In this document: one piece after another, positions 6,782-15,231 of the stretch
Numbering within the stretch: the stretch's first letter is position 1
How the letters are laid out: each line of letters opens with the position of its first letter
NCBI GenBank assembly: GCA_030637505.1
Contig: DAOWGJ010000058.1
Span: forward strand, 1 to 41,663
DNA: 41,663 nucleotides
Origin: Holophagae bacterium
GTDB taxonomy: Bacteria; Acidobacteriota; Thermoanaerobaculia; Thermoanaerobaculales; Sulfomarinibacteraceae
Reading direction: 5' to 3'
The notes under the pieces: generated by a model
Databases searched by the model: none
The model's input: only the letters and a program-made list of their open reading frames with translations
What the model was told of the DNA's origin: nothing
Translations under genes and position numbers: made by a program

Positions 6782-8737
6782 TTGAGTTTGAACGTTCAAC
6801 TTCGAGATTCCGCGATTCTCTTCTGGGTTCTGTGGAGTGCGGCCTGTGGGCAGGGGCAGAGTGTATCCCTGACGAATGCCGATCGAACGATCCGGCTGGA
6901 GGCCATCAAATCCGGATTGGCGTTGCGGTCCGATTCACCGGAGGCTGCGGCTGAGGCCTTCAGCAAGGCGGGCGTCGGGTCGGAATTGGAGCGGTTGCGC
7001 TTCGAACTCTGGTTGAGCGCCCTTGAGAGAGGACAGGTTTCTCCGGCGGGGTGGACGGACTATCTCGATCAGGGACCCCCGCAAGATCTTGCAGATCGTG
7101 CCAGGCTGGCCCTTGCTCAGTCGTTGATTGACGAAGGTCACATGGACCCGGCGTGGCAAATCATGGCTGAGGTCAGTGAGAACGGACGGGTTCGGGCAGA
7201 TGTGCTTCGACTTGAGTGGTCGAACGACATTCGTGACGCCGCAGCGGTTCGTTTGGCGAATGTTGCCCCCCTTGTTCTTCGAAATGAAGCGCTGTCTCTC
7301 GAAAAAGCGGCGGTTGCTGGTTTGGGACCCGAGGAGGCAATCGAGCGAGCAGTGGCATGGAGGCAAGCTGGTCATCCGAGTCGGGGAGCGGCTGAGTTGC
7401 GGTCCATCAGCGTCCGTGGCCCCTTGGAAGGGCGCCGGCGCCTGGAACTGGCTCGATGTGAATTGCAGCGGGGGTCGACTTCGGCGGCGCTCCGGGTTCT
7501 GCCGCCCCTGTCCCGATGCGACGGCGACGAGGCTCTGGTCCGGGCGTCAAGCTGGCGTCTTCGTGGATGGTCTCGTTTCCCTGGGCCGACTGCTGCTGAG
7601 GCATTTGGGAACTGCCTGGTGGCGGCCCAAAGGGCGGTGTCCCTGACCGGCGGTGGCAGCTCACAGGCCCTGGAACTTCAGCTTGAGTGTGGAACCGAGG
7701 CCGGCCGACTCGAGCCTGCGCTGGCGGCCTGGCAGTCGTTGGCTGAAATCAATTGGCGGGGTTCTCGTCGTTCGTGGCTGGGGCGTCGTCTGGCTATGGC
7801 CATGGCCCGGTCTGGGCGGTTCGGCGAAGCTCTCAAGAGCGTGGCCTCGAGCCTGAAAGACCATAGGCGTTGCCTCCAGTTTGCGGCGGCAACGGAGGGC
7901 CCTGAGATTGACCGGGAGGCGGTGGCCGGCCTTGTGGTGGTTGGGATCCCGGATCTCTACGCCCTGTGGTCGCTCGATGAAATTGGAGAGGCCGGCCCTT
8001 CGAGGCTCGACCTGCCGCCGCCGATCAAGATCGTCGATCCCCCTCCGACCGTCGCCTGGCTTATGAATCTTGGAGAACAGGGACTGGCTTCAAAGGAATG
8101 GCGTCGTATGGCGGCAGCGCGCGGGGTCCTGCCCGGTGAAGCGTTGGCTGCGGCGGCATTCGAGGGCGACCGGGGCCGGCCGGATTTGGGCATAAGGTGG
8201 TTGCGCCGGGGCTTCTCCGATTTGGGCGGTACGGCCATGGACCGGGTCTCGGTGAACGCCGTCAGGGCATACCTTCCGTTACGGTGGACGGACGATCTGA
8301 AATCGGCGGCCCGTGAGTTCGGTCTTGATCCCTGGTTGCTGGCGGGTTTGGCGCGCCAGGAGAGCATCTTCAACGCTCGGGCCCAGTCTCCGGCCGGTGC
8401 GCGAGGGGTCGTACAGTTGATGCCTGGGACGGCACGAGGCCATGCGGTTGCGTTGGGTCTGGGGCGGTCGCCGGATTTGTACGACCCAGCGATCAATCTC
8501 CGGCTCGGTGCCCGGGAGCTGTCTCGCCTGATCAAGGTCTTCGGGGAGATAGAGCCTGCGTTGGCTGCCTACAACGCCGGCGAAAGCCGAGTGCGTCGTT
8601 GGTGGCGGCAATGGCCGGAGAGTCGCCATTTCACTGAGGCGGTTCCAATTCCGGAGACCTACACCTATATACGGCGGGTGGTTTTCCTCAGTGAAGCCTA
8701 TCGGCTGGTATGGGCCCAAGAATGGGAAGAAGAGTGA
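6782..8737 (+). CDS. Soluble lytic murein transglycosylase (Slt family, superhelical N-domain plus SLT domain)
   Basis: C-terminal ARQESIFNARAQSPAGARGVVQLMPGTA and AYNAGESRVRRW are SLT catalytic motifs. N-terminal signal is ILFWVLWSAACG. The TTG start at 6782 has no clear SD, so the start is uncertain. Confidence 0.85.
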   Translation: MSLNVQLRDSAILFWVLWSAACGQGQSVSLTNADRTIRLEAIKSGLALRSDSPEAAAEAFSKAGVGSELERLRFELWLSALERGQVSPAGWTDYLDQGPPQDLADRARLALAQSLIDEGHMDPAWQIMAEVSENGRVRADVLRLEWSNDIRDAAAVRLANVAPLVLRNEALSLEKAAVAGLGPEEAIERAVAWRQAGHPSRGAAELRSISVRGPLEGRRRLELARCELQRGSTSAALRVLPPLSRCDGDEALVRASSWRLRGWSRFPGPTAAEAFGNCLVAAQRAVSLTGGGSSQALELQLECGTEAGRLEPALAAWQSLAEINWRGSRRSWLGRRLAMAMARSGRFGEALKSVASSLKDHRRCLQFAAATEGPEIDREAVAGLVVVGIPDLYALWSLDEIGEAGPSRLDLPPPIKIVDPPPTVAWLMNLGEQGLASKEWRRMAAARGVLPGEALAAAAFEGDRGRPDLGIRWLRRGFSDLGGTAMDRVSVNAVRAYLPLRWTDDLKSAAREFGLDPWLLAGLARQESIFNARAQSPAGARGVVQLMPGTARGHAVALGLGRSPDLYDPAINLRLGARELSRLIKVFGEIEPALAAYNAGESRVRRWWRQWPESRHFTEAVPIPETYTYIRRVVFLSEAYRLVWAQEWEEE

Positions 8738-8761
8738 GGACTGAAGAGAACGGGGACTGTA

Positions 8762-8790
8762 GGGGCAAGACCCCCGTGTCTGCCCTTTTA
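8762..8790 (+). terminator. Weak candidate terminator after the transglycosylase gene
   Basis: GGGCA...TGCCC forms a 5-bp stem followed by TTTTA. The stem is short. Confidence 0.3.
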
Positions 8791-8870
8791 GGGATTGCGG
8801 CAGGATTTGAAGGTCGAACTTGCTCAGATGGGCAACCGGGATCAGTCTCTTGTCCATGGTGATAACGGAT

Positions 8871-8948
8871 TCAACCGTTGAGAATTTCAACAGCCGCAAC
8901 CGTTGAATTTTTCCACTTGAATATTCTTTCAATCATCGAATCATTGAA
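8871..8948 (+). promoter_or_regulatory. AT-rich region with nested TTGAA/TTCAA palindromes and a direct repeat, upstream of the cytochrome gene
   Basis: TCAAC-C-GTTGA at 8871-8881 and again at 8897-8906, within the direct repeat CAACCGTTGA(G)AATTT. TTGAA-TATTCT-TTCAA at 8917-8932. TTCAATCAT-CGA-ATCATTGAA at 8928-8948. Confidence 0.45.
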
Positions 8949-8966
8949 AACAAAAGGTTTATCAAC

Positions 8967-8994
8967 TTGACATGTATGTGAAATAGTGCACAAT
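8967..8994 (+). promoter_or_regulatory. Candidate sigma70-type promoter of the cytochrome gene
   Basis: TTGACA (8967-8972)-N16-CACAAT (8989-8994). If used, the ATG at 8993 cannot be the start, and the ATG at 9014 (GGAGGG at 9002-9007) is. Confidence 0.4.
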
Positions 8995-9013
8995 GGCGGG
9001 CGGAGGGTCTGCC

Positions 9014-11047
9014 ATGACTGTGTCATCTGCACTTGAAGGTCTGAAACATCCCGCCCGTATGCGGGTCATGATTCTGGCATTGGCGCTGGCCGTTCCGGTG
9101 GTGCTGCTGGCCGTACCGGCTCACACCGCGGCGGACGAGGAGTACGAATCGATCGATTCGTCGATGTGTGGCGACTGTCATGAGGCCAGTGCACACGGAT
9201 CGTCGTTCGACGACGACCTGAGTCACTCGGTTCATGAGGGTCTCGTATGCCTGGACTGTCACCAATACCAGGATACGATCCCCCATATCGTATTCGATGA
9301 GCCTTCCTACGATGGCTGTGAAGGATGCCGAACCTGTCACGAAGACGCCTCTGAGCAGTATCAGGCCCACGGTCGGGCGGCTGTCGGGACCTGTGAGGAT
9401 ATGCCGCATTGCTCAGACTGCCACGGGTCCCATGACATCCTGCCGTCCTCCGCCGCCCTTTCGCGAGTCCACTCAACCAATCTGCGCGAGACCTGCGGGG
9501 CCTGCCACGAGAATCTGGACATCACGACCAAGTACGAGACCCTGTACGACCACCCGGTGTCGATGTACGAAGCCAGCGTTCACGGCCAGATTGGTACCGG
9601 CGGAGCCTACGCTGCGGCCGACTGCATCGACTGCCACGGCGTCGCCGGTTCGGCCCACAAGATCCTGGCGCCCAATTATCCGGAAAGCGCGATCTCTCAC
9701 CAGAATATCCCTGAGACCTGCGGCCAGTGCCACAAGGCGATCACGCAGGATTACTGGGAGGGTATCCACGGCAAGTTGGTCAAGAGCGGTGTTGCCGGAT
9801 CGCCGGTCTGCACCGACTGCCACGGCGAGCACGGTATTCTCTCCACTGCTGATCCTAACTCGCCGGTGTCCAAGGCCGAGGTCGCCCAGCAAACGTGCGC
9901 CCGGTGCCACAACGCGATGGTCCTCAACGAGAGGTATGGCATGGAGGGCGCCCGGGAGGCGTACTTCATCGACACCTACCACGGTCTGAAGTCCGGCGAG
10001 GGCGATTCCAGTGTTGCGAACTGCGCCTCGTGCCATGGGGCCCACCGCATTCTTCCTAGTTCGGATCCCGCGTCGTCGGTCAATACCGCCAACTTGAAAC
10101 AAACCTGCGGTGAGTGCCACCCCAAGATCACCGATACGATTGCCCAGAGCCCGATTCACGGCGTGGGTGATCTTCAAAAACGCACCCCGATCGCACAATG
10201 GGTGCAGAAGCTCTATATCCTGTTGATCATCGTCGTCATCGGCGGCATGTTCCTTCACAACGCCCTGGACTACATCAGCAAGGTCCGGGCGATGTTGGCA
10301 CGCAGACCGAGGGTGCGCCGTATGCGCATGGACGAGGTCTGGCAGCACACGATTCTGATGGTCAGCTTCATTGTGCTGGTGGTGTCCGGGTTCTCTCTGA
10401 CCTACCACCAGAGCTTCATGGCCAAGTTCTTCTTCGGATGGGAGGGTGGTTTTGCCATGCGGGGCACAGTCCACCGCGTCGCAGCGGTCATCATGACGAT
10501 CGGTTCCTTCTGGCACCTCTTCTACTGTTTCACAGCCCGCGGCAGGAAGTTTGTCAAGGACATGTTGCCGACGATGGCCGATGTGCATTTCTTCATCAAC
10601 AAAATGCTGAGCTTCATCGGCAAGGGCCATGGCGCAGGGTGTACACAGAGATTCAACTACGTCGAGAAGGCCGAGTACTGGGCCCTGATCTGGGGAACGA
10701 TCGTCATGGCCGCCACAGGGGTTCTCCTGTGGTTCGACAACTTCTTCAGTGCTTTCTTCGGTCGTGAGGTCTTCGATGTCGCTGTGACCGTTCACTTCTG
10801 GGAAGCCTGGCTGGCCAGTCTGGCGATTCTCGTCTGGCACATGTATGGTGTGATGTTCAGCCCCGAGGTCTATCCGATGAACCCGGCGTGGATCAACGGC
10901 ACGATGTCGGAGGAGTTGTATAAACACGAGCATCCTGGTCATCTCGAGGAAGCCCGCGCGGAGACAGATGATCTGTTGCAAAAACACCTCCAAAAGGTCC
11001 GGAGGGATCTGGGCGACGATGACGATCTATCGAAACCGATTGCGTGA
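9014..11047 (+). CDS. Fusion of an 11-heme c-type cytochrome with a C-terminal cytochrome b (FdnI/HydC-like) membrane domain; CbcL-like quinol-linked electron conduit
   Basis: 11 CxxCH motifs: CGDCH, CLDCH, CRTCH, CSDCH, CGACH, CIDCH, CGQCH, CTDCH, CARCH, CASCH, CGECH. Four repeated di-heme modules (C.DCHG.H.IL.S..P.S.V....L..TCG.CH). Signal peptide MRVMILALALAVPVVLLAVPAHTAA. About 5 C-terminal TM helices with conserved His (LHNALDY, HRVAAV, WHLFY, HFWEAW, WHMYG). Confidence 0.85.
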   Translation: MTVSSALEGLKHPARMRVMILALALAVPVVLLAVPAHTAADEEYESIDSSMCGDCHEASAHGSSFDDDLSHSVHEGLVCLDCHQYQDTIPHIVFDEPSYDGCEGCRTCHEDASEQYQAHGRAAVGTCEDMPHCSDCHGSHDILPSSAALSRVHSTNLRETCGACHENLDITTKYETLYDHPVSMYEASVHGQIGTGGAYAAADCIDCHGVAGSAHKILAPNYPESAISHQNIPETCGQCHKAITQDYWEGIHGKLVKSGVAGSPVCTDCHGEHGILSTADPNSPVSKAEVAQQTCARCHNAMVLNERYGMEGAREAYFIDTYHGLKSGEGDSSVANCASCHGAHRILPSSDPASSVNTANLKQTCGECHPKITDTIAQSPIHGVGDLQKRTPIAQWVQKLYILLIIVVIGGMFLHNALDYISKVRAMLARRPRVRRMRMDEVWQHTILMVSFIVLVVSGFSLTYHQSFMAKFFFGWEGGFAMRGTVHRVAAVIMTIGSFWHLFYCFTARGRKFVKDMLPTMADVHFFINKMLSFIGKGHGAGCTQRFNYVEKAEYWALIWGTIVMAATGVLLWFDNFFSAFFGREVFDVAVTVHFWEAWLASLAILVWHMYGVMFSPEVYPMNPAWINGTMSEELYKHEHPGHLEEARAETDDLLQKHLQKVRRDLGDDDDLSKPIA

Positions 11048-11068
11048 CGGAGAGAATCTTCGAATTGA

Positions 11069-11101
11069 AACGCCCCGCCGGATGGCGGGGCGTTGCTTTT
11101 T
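11069..11101 (+). terminator. Rho-independent terminator after the cytochrome gene
   Basis: AACGCCCCGCC-GGAT-GGCGGGGCGTT is a perfect 11-bp stem followed by GCTTTTT. Confidence 0.85.
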
Positions 11102-11297
11102 GGCTCTCAGCTCAGGCGCCTGCAATAATCCCAAATAACCGTATTCAACGTGACGATCGTCGGAGACGGCCGGGGATAAACCCCGGCCCTACAATACCTA
11201 CCGTAGGGTCAGGGTTCATCCCTGGCCGAGCTTTGCTTGGTTGTTTCCCCAGTCCCACACAAGACCGAGTAGAATGTCCCAGACAAGGAGTTCAGAT

Positions 11298-11555
11298 ATG
11301 GCTGTCGACCCCAAATTGCTGGAAATCCTGGTTTGTCCTGTAGACAAGACTCCGTTGGAGGTGATCGACCTCCCTCCTTCGATCCGGGAGTCGTTGGTCA
11401 ATCGGTACCGGGAGCAGTTCAAGGCCGAGGAACCTGTCGTTGAGGTTGGTTTGCTTTCGCCCGCCGGACGTGTGTATCCGGTCGTGTCCGATATTCCTGT
11501 GATGCTGGTCGACGAGGCACTGACTCTTGAGGACATTCAGTCCGCATCCTCTTGA
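11298..11555 (+). CDS. Trm112/UPF0434 family small protein
   Basis: MAVDPKLLEILVCPVDKTPL...GRVYPVVSDIPVMLVDEA matches the Trm112-type zinc-ribbon family pattern. AAGGAG lies 7 nt upstream of the ATG at 11298. Confidence 0.8.
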   Translation: MAVDPKLLEILVCPVDKTPLEVIDLPPSIRESLVNRYREQFKAEEPVVEVGLLSPAGRVYPVVSDIPVMLVDEALTLEDIQSASS

Positions 11556-12696
11556 GGCGACGGCGGCAGGACTCCTCCTGGTAGGCGTGGCGATCAGTCT
11601 TCAGATCGCCCTGTCGAATATCATTTTGGGCCTTGCTTTCCTGGTGTGGTTGGGTGCCTTGGCCTTTGGACGGGCCGTTGTGAAATGGCATCTGATCTTC
11701 GTCCCCGTGACTGGATGGGTCTTCTGGTCGGTTATTTCGGCGCTGTTCTCCACCAACCGTTCACTGAGTTTGGGGGCGTTGGACAGTCTCCTTACCCTGA
11801 TTCTGGTCCCGATGGTGGTCTCTGTGGTGAATCCCATTCGATGGGACCGGTTCTTGGGGCTGGTTGCGGGCTCTTCGGCGGTGTCGTCGATGGTTGCTTT
11901 GGGCCAGATTGTGATCAACGGTGTTGATCTGAACCACAGGGCGCCGGGCCTGTTCAGTCACTACATGACCTTTGCCGGATGGACGATGGCCGCAGTTCTG
12001 ATTCTGGTTGGTGAGGTTTTGAGAGGAAACGCTCCGAGGCGTCTGAGGTGGATCCTCCCTATTTTGGGACTGCACGCGGTCGTGCTCTCATTGTCCCTGA
12101 CACGAAACGCGTGGGTCGGCATTGCGGTAGCGTTGGGATTGGCCGCGATGGTATGGCGTTCCCGTGCGATGCTTGCGATTCCTCTGGTGGTTGTGGTTGC
12201 GGTTGCTGTTCTGCCTGCGGCAGTGAGAGACCGGGTTACGTCAATAGCGGACCTCGAACAAGCGGCCAACCGTGACCGGGTCGCCATGATAAAGGCCGGT
12301 GTCGCGATGAGTGCGGACCATCCATGGGTTGGGGTTGGTCCCGAGATGATAGAGGTGCTTTATCCGGACTACCGTCGGTCCGGCGCGGTCCGCGACAGGG
12401 TCAGTCATTTGCATTGCAATCCGGTCCATATCGCGGCGGAGCGGGGCCTGCCGGCTCTGGCAATGTACGGATTTCTTCTGGTGATCTTTGGCGTTACCGT
12501 GGTACGTGGACTCAAGGATCCTGACCACCCGGCGCCGGCCGCGCTGGCCTCATGCCTTCTGGCCATGGTTGGACTGACGGTGGCCGGGTTGTTCGAATAC
12601 AACTGGGGAGATTCCGAGATTTGGATAGTGACCCTGTTTGTCCTGGCCGTCCCTGCGGCGCTAGAGGCCCGGCCTCCGGGGCCTCGAAAGAAATGA
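11527..12696 (+). CDS. O-antigen ligase/polymerase family membrane protein (Wzy_C domain)
   Basis: Polytopic protein. LSLTRNAWVGIAVALGL and HLHCNPVHIAAERGLPAL resemble WaaL/O-antigen ligase motifs. The start is uncertain: TTG at 11527 overlaps the preceding gene, and GTG at 11587 is an alternative. Confidence 0.7.
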   Translation: MRTFSPHPLEATAAGLLLVGVAISLQIALSNIILGLAFLVWLGALAFGRAVVKWHLIFVPVTGWVFWSVISALFSTNRSLSLGALDSLLTLILVPMVVSVVNPIRWDRFLGLVAGSSAVSSMVALGQIVINGVDLNHRAPGLFSHYMTFAGWTMAAVLILVGEVLRGNAPRRLRWILPILGLHAVVLSLSLTRNAWVGIAVALGLAAMVWRSRAMLAIPLVVVVAVAVLPAAVRDRVTSIADLEQAANRDRVAMIKAGVAMSADHPWVGVGPEMIEVLYPDYRRSGAVRDRVSHLHCNPVHIAAERGLPALAMYGFLLVIFGVTVVRGLKDPDHPAPAALASCLLAMVGLTVAGLFEYNWGDSEIWIVTLFVLAVPAALEARPPGPRKK

Positions 12697-14102
12697 TGAG
12701 GGATCGAGTCTGGGCGGTTGGTGCAGTCATCGACCAGGTCAACGCTCTCCTCGAGAGCGGTTTCTCAGGAATCACCGTCGAAGGCGAGGTTACGGGCGCC
12801 ACGCGGTCTGCTCGAGGCCACCTTTACTTCTCGCTCAAGGACGGGGAGGCTCAACTGGACTGTGTCGCATGGGCTTCGGCCGCCAGGCGATTGCGGTTTG
12901 ACCTCGAAGACGGCCTGGCCGTTGAGGCTACGGGCAGTTTGACCGTCTATCGAGCCCGGGGCCGATTCCAGTTGGTCGTCACAAGGATCGAACCGCAGGG
13001 GTTGGGCGCGCTGCAGTTGGCCTTCGAGCAGATGAAACGACGCCTGGAGGCTGAGGGCCTTTTCGCACCGGAACGCAAACGGCCTCTGCCGGCGGTCCCG
13101 CAGAGAATCGGCATCGTTACCTCAGCCACGGGTGCGGCGTTGAGGGACATACTGAAAGTCCTGAGGAGGCACGCCAACATCGAGGTCGTCGTCGCTCCGG
13201 CGACGGTGCAAGGTAATGAGGCCGCCTCAGAGATTGCTGCATCTCTGGACCGACTCGGGGCCTCGAATCTGGTCGACGTCGTGATCTTGGGACGAGGGGG
13301 AGGCTCGTTGGAGGATTTGTGGGCCTTCAACGAAGAAGAGGTCGCCCGTGCCGTTGCCGACTGTCCGGTTCCGGTCGTCACCGGTGTCGGCCATGAGGTG
13401 GATTTCACCATCGCCGACTTTGTGGCTGATTTTCGTGCGGCGACGCCGACACAGGCGGCGGAGATTCTCGTGACCCGGCTCGAAGAGAGCCAGGGTCGAG
13501 CAGAGGATGCTCGTGCTCGTTTGGGCTGGGAACTCAGGCGCCATCTGCAAGCTGCCCGGGCCCGTTTGGCGGGGGCTCAAGGGTCGGCGGGTCTTGCCAG
13601 GGTGCCTCATCGGATTGAGGTCGCACGATTTCGTCTGGCGGCGGCCGATCGTCTCCCCGTGTTGTTGGAGGATCTTGCAGCCCGTGCCAGGAATCGCCTC
13701 CTCCATGCCGAAGCCGTGTTGCGACGCCTCCCGGGACTGATCGCCGCCACCGGTCATCGACGCCTCGTCGATAGCCGGACTGAGCAGTTGGCGACCCTGA
13801 TCCGCGGTCACGTCGATCATGCCCGTACTGCCGTCGTGACAATGGAACGGGCGTTGCAGCACCTCTCGCCTCGCCGGGTTCTGGATCGCGGCTACTCGAT
13901 CACCACGCTCGAGGGACAGGCCGGACCGCTCAAGAGTGCCGGCGCCCTGCGGGGAGGGGAGGCCCTGGTGACGACCCTGGCCGAAGGGACCGTTCGGTCG
14001 CTGGTCGTCAAATCTCGGGGCGGCGCCAGGTCGTTGACCCGAAGCTCGTCGTCCAGTTCTTCAACTCAGGGCACGCTTTTTGATGATGGGGGTTCACAAT
14101 GA
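12693..14102 (+). CDS. xseA: Exodeoxyribonuclease VII large subunit
   Basis: N-terminal OB fold VGAVIDQVNALLESGFSGITVEGEVTGATRSARGHLYFSLKDGEAQLDCVAW. Core motifs IGIVTSATGAALRDIL and ILGRGGGSLEDLWAFNEE. The ATG at 12693 overlaps the upstream TGA (ATGA). The 47 upstream aa of the track ORF are rejected. Confidence 0.9.
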   Translation: MMRDRVWAVGAVIDQVNALLESGFSGITVEGEVTGATRSARGHLYFSLKDGEAQLDCVAWASAARRLRFDLEDGLAVEATGSLTVYRARGRFQLVVTRIEPQGLGALQLAFEQMKRRLEAEGLFAPERKRPLPAVPQRIGIVTSATGAALRDILKVLRRHANIEVVVAPATVQGNEAASEIAASLDRLGASNLVDVVILGRGGGSLEDLWAFNEEEVARAVADCPVPVVTGVGHEVDFTIADFVADFRAATPTQAAEILVTRLEESQGRAEDARARLGWELRRHLQAARARLAGAQGSAGLARVPHRIEVARFRLAAADRLPVLLEDLAARARNRLLHAEAVLRRLPGLIAATGHRRLVDSRTEQLATLIRGHVDHARTAVVTMERALQHLSPRRVLDRGYSITTLEGQAGPLKSAGALRGGEALVTTLAEGTVRSLVVKSRGGARSLTRSSSSSSSTQGTLFDDGGSQ

Positions 14103-14341
14103 CGAAGAAAACGGAAATGGTTGAAAGCGACGACCGGTTCGAGGACCAATTGGAGCGACTGGAGGACATTGTCGGCCGGTTGGAGGACGACACAGTGGGT
14201 CTGGAAGAAGCCCTCGATCTCTTCGAGCAGGGGATGAATCTGGCGGGAAAGTGCCGCTCGAGGTTGGAACGAGTCGAGCAGCGGGTCTCCAAACTCCTGG
14301 AGGATGGCACCGCCGAAGAGATGGAGATTGAGACCTCGTGA
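14099..14341 (+). CDS. xseB: Exodeoxyribonuclease VII small subunit
   Basis: FEDQLERLEDIVGRLEDDTVGLEEALDLFEQGMNLAGKCRSRLERVEQRV is typical XseB. ATGA overlap with xseA. Confidence 0.9.
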   Translation: MTKKTEMVESDDRFEDQLERLEDIVGRLEDDTVGLEEALDLFEQGMNLAGKCRSRLERVEQRVSKLLEDGTAEEMEIETS

Positions 14342-15231
14342 TGGACCTTGAACGACAGGCCATCGAGAGTGTTCTGCCCCGACTGCTGCCGGCCGACGGC
14401 CAGTGGCCGAGCCGGCTGCATCGGGCGATGCGTCACGCCGTGCTGGGCGGCGGCAAGAGGATCAGGCCCATTCTGGCGCGCCTGGCCAACCGTGCGGCCG
14501 GCGGCGACCCTGAGTCCATCACAGAGGCGGCGTGCGGTCTTGAGTTGATTCACACCTATTCATTGGTTCACGACGATCTTCCGGCTCTGGACGATGATGT
14601 TCTGCGGCGAGGACGGCCGACGGTCCACGTGGCCTTCGACGAACCGACGGCCATTTTGGTCGGTGATGCTCTGTTGACCGAGGGCTTGTTGATTCTGGCC
14701 CGGTATCCAGCGGGCTCGGAGTGGGGGCCCGCCCGTGCCGAAGCCGTCGCGCTGGTTGCCGAGGCTATTGGGTCGCGGGGCATGGTCGGCGGGCAGATGG
14801 AGGATCTGGAGGCGACCGGTCAGGTGGCGGGTGACGGTGTCTCCGGCGATCCGGGTGTACGGCTGGATCTGATCCACCGCCACAAGACTGGGTGCCTTCT
14901 CAGGGCCTCGGTGGAGTTGGGCGCTCTCCTTGCGGGACTTGGGGTCGAGGAACGGGGCCGATTCGTCGGATTCGGTCAGAGCCTTGGTCTGGCCTTTCAG
15001 GTTGCAGATGACGTGTTGGATGCCACTGCGACCACTGCCGAATTGGGGAAAAGCCCCGGCAAGGATGCCGAGGCCGACAAGCTGACGTGGGTGACCCTCT
15101 ACGGCCTGGAGGCGGCGCGGCGGAAACTGCACGAGTTGGAGACCGAGATGATCGAGTTGGCCACAGATATCGAAGGTCCGGACGGGGCTCTGGCTGCAGT
15201 AGCGAGGAAGGTCGTTCGGCGCCGAGGATGA
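14338..15231 (+). CDS. ispA: Farnesyl/geranylgeranyl diphosphate synthase (polyprenyl synthetase family)
   Basis: First Asp-rich motif LVHDDLPALDDDVLRRGRPT and second motif FQVADDVLD. Conserved xseB-ispA adjacency. Start is GTG at 14338 or ATG at 14341. Confidence 0.88.
   Translation: MMDLERQAIESVLPRLLPADGQWPSRLHRAMRHAVLGGGKRIRPILARLANRAAGGDPESITEAACGLELIHTYSLVHDDLPALDDDVLRRGRPTVHVAFDEPTAILVGDALLTEGLLILARYPAGSEWGPARAEAVALVAEAIGSRGMVGGQMEDLEATGQVAGDGVSGDPGVRLDLIHRHKTGCLLRASVELGALLAGLGVEERGRFVGFGQSLGLAFQVADDVLDATATTAELGKSPGKDAEADKLTWVTLYGLEAARRKLHELETEMIELATDIEGPDGALAAVARKVVRRRG

Noticed and set aside
11168-11224. Hairpins GGCCGGGG-ATAAA-CCCCGGCC and CAGGG-TTCAT-CCCTG, the latter T-arm-like, considered as a possible tRNA or tRNA fragment.
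   Set aside because: No acceptor, D or anticodon arms can be built around them, and the loop is 5 nt rather than the 7-nt TPsiC loop. They are probably just structured spacer sequence downstream of the cytochrome terminator.
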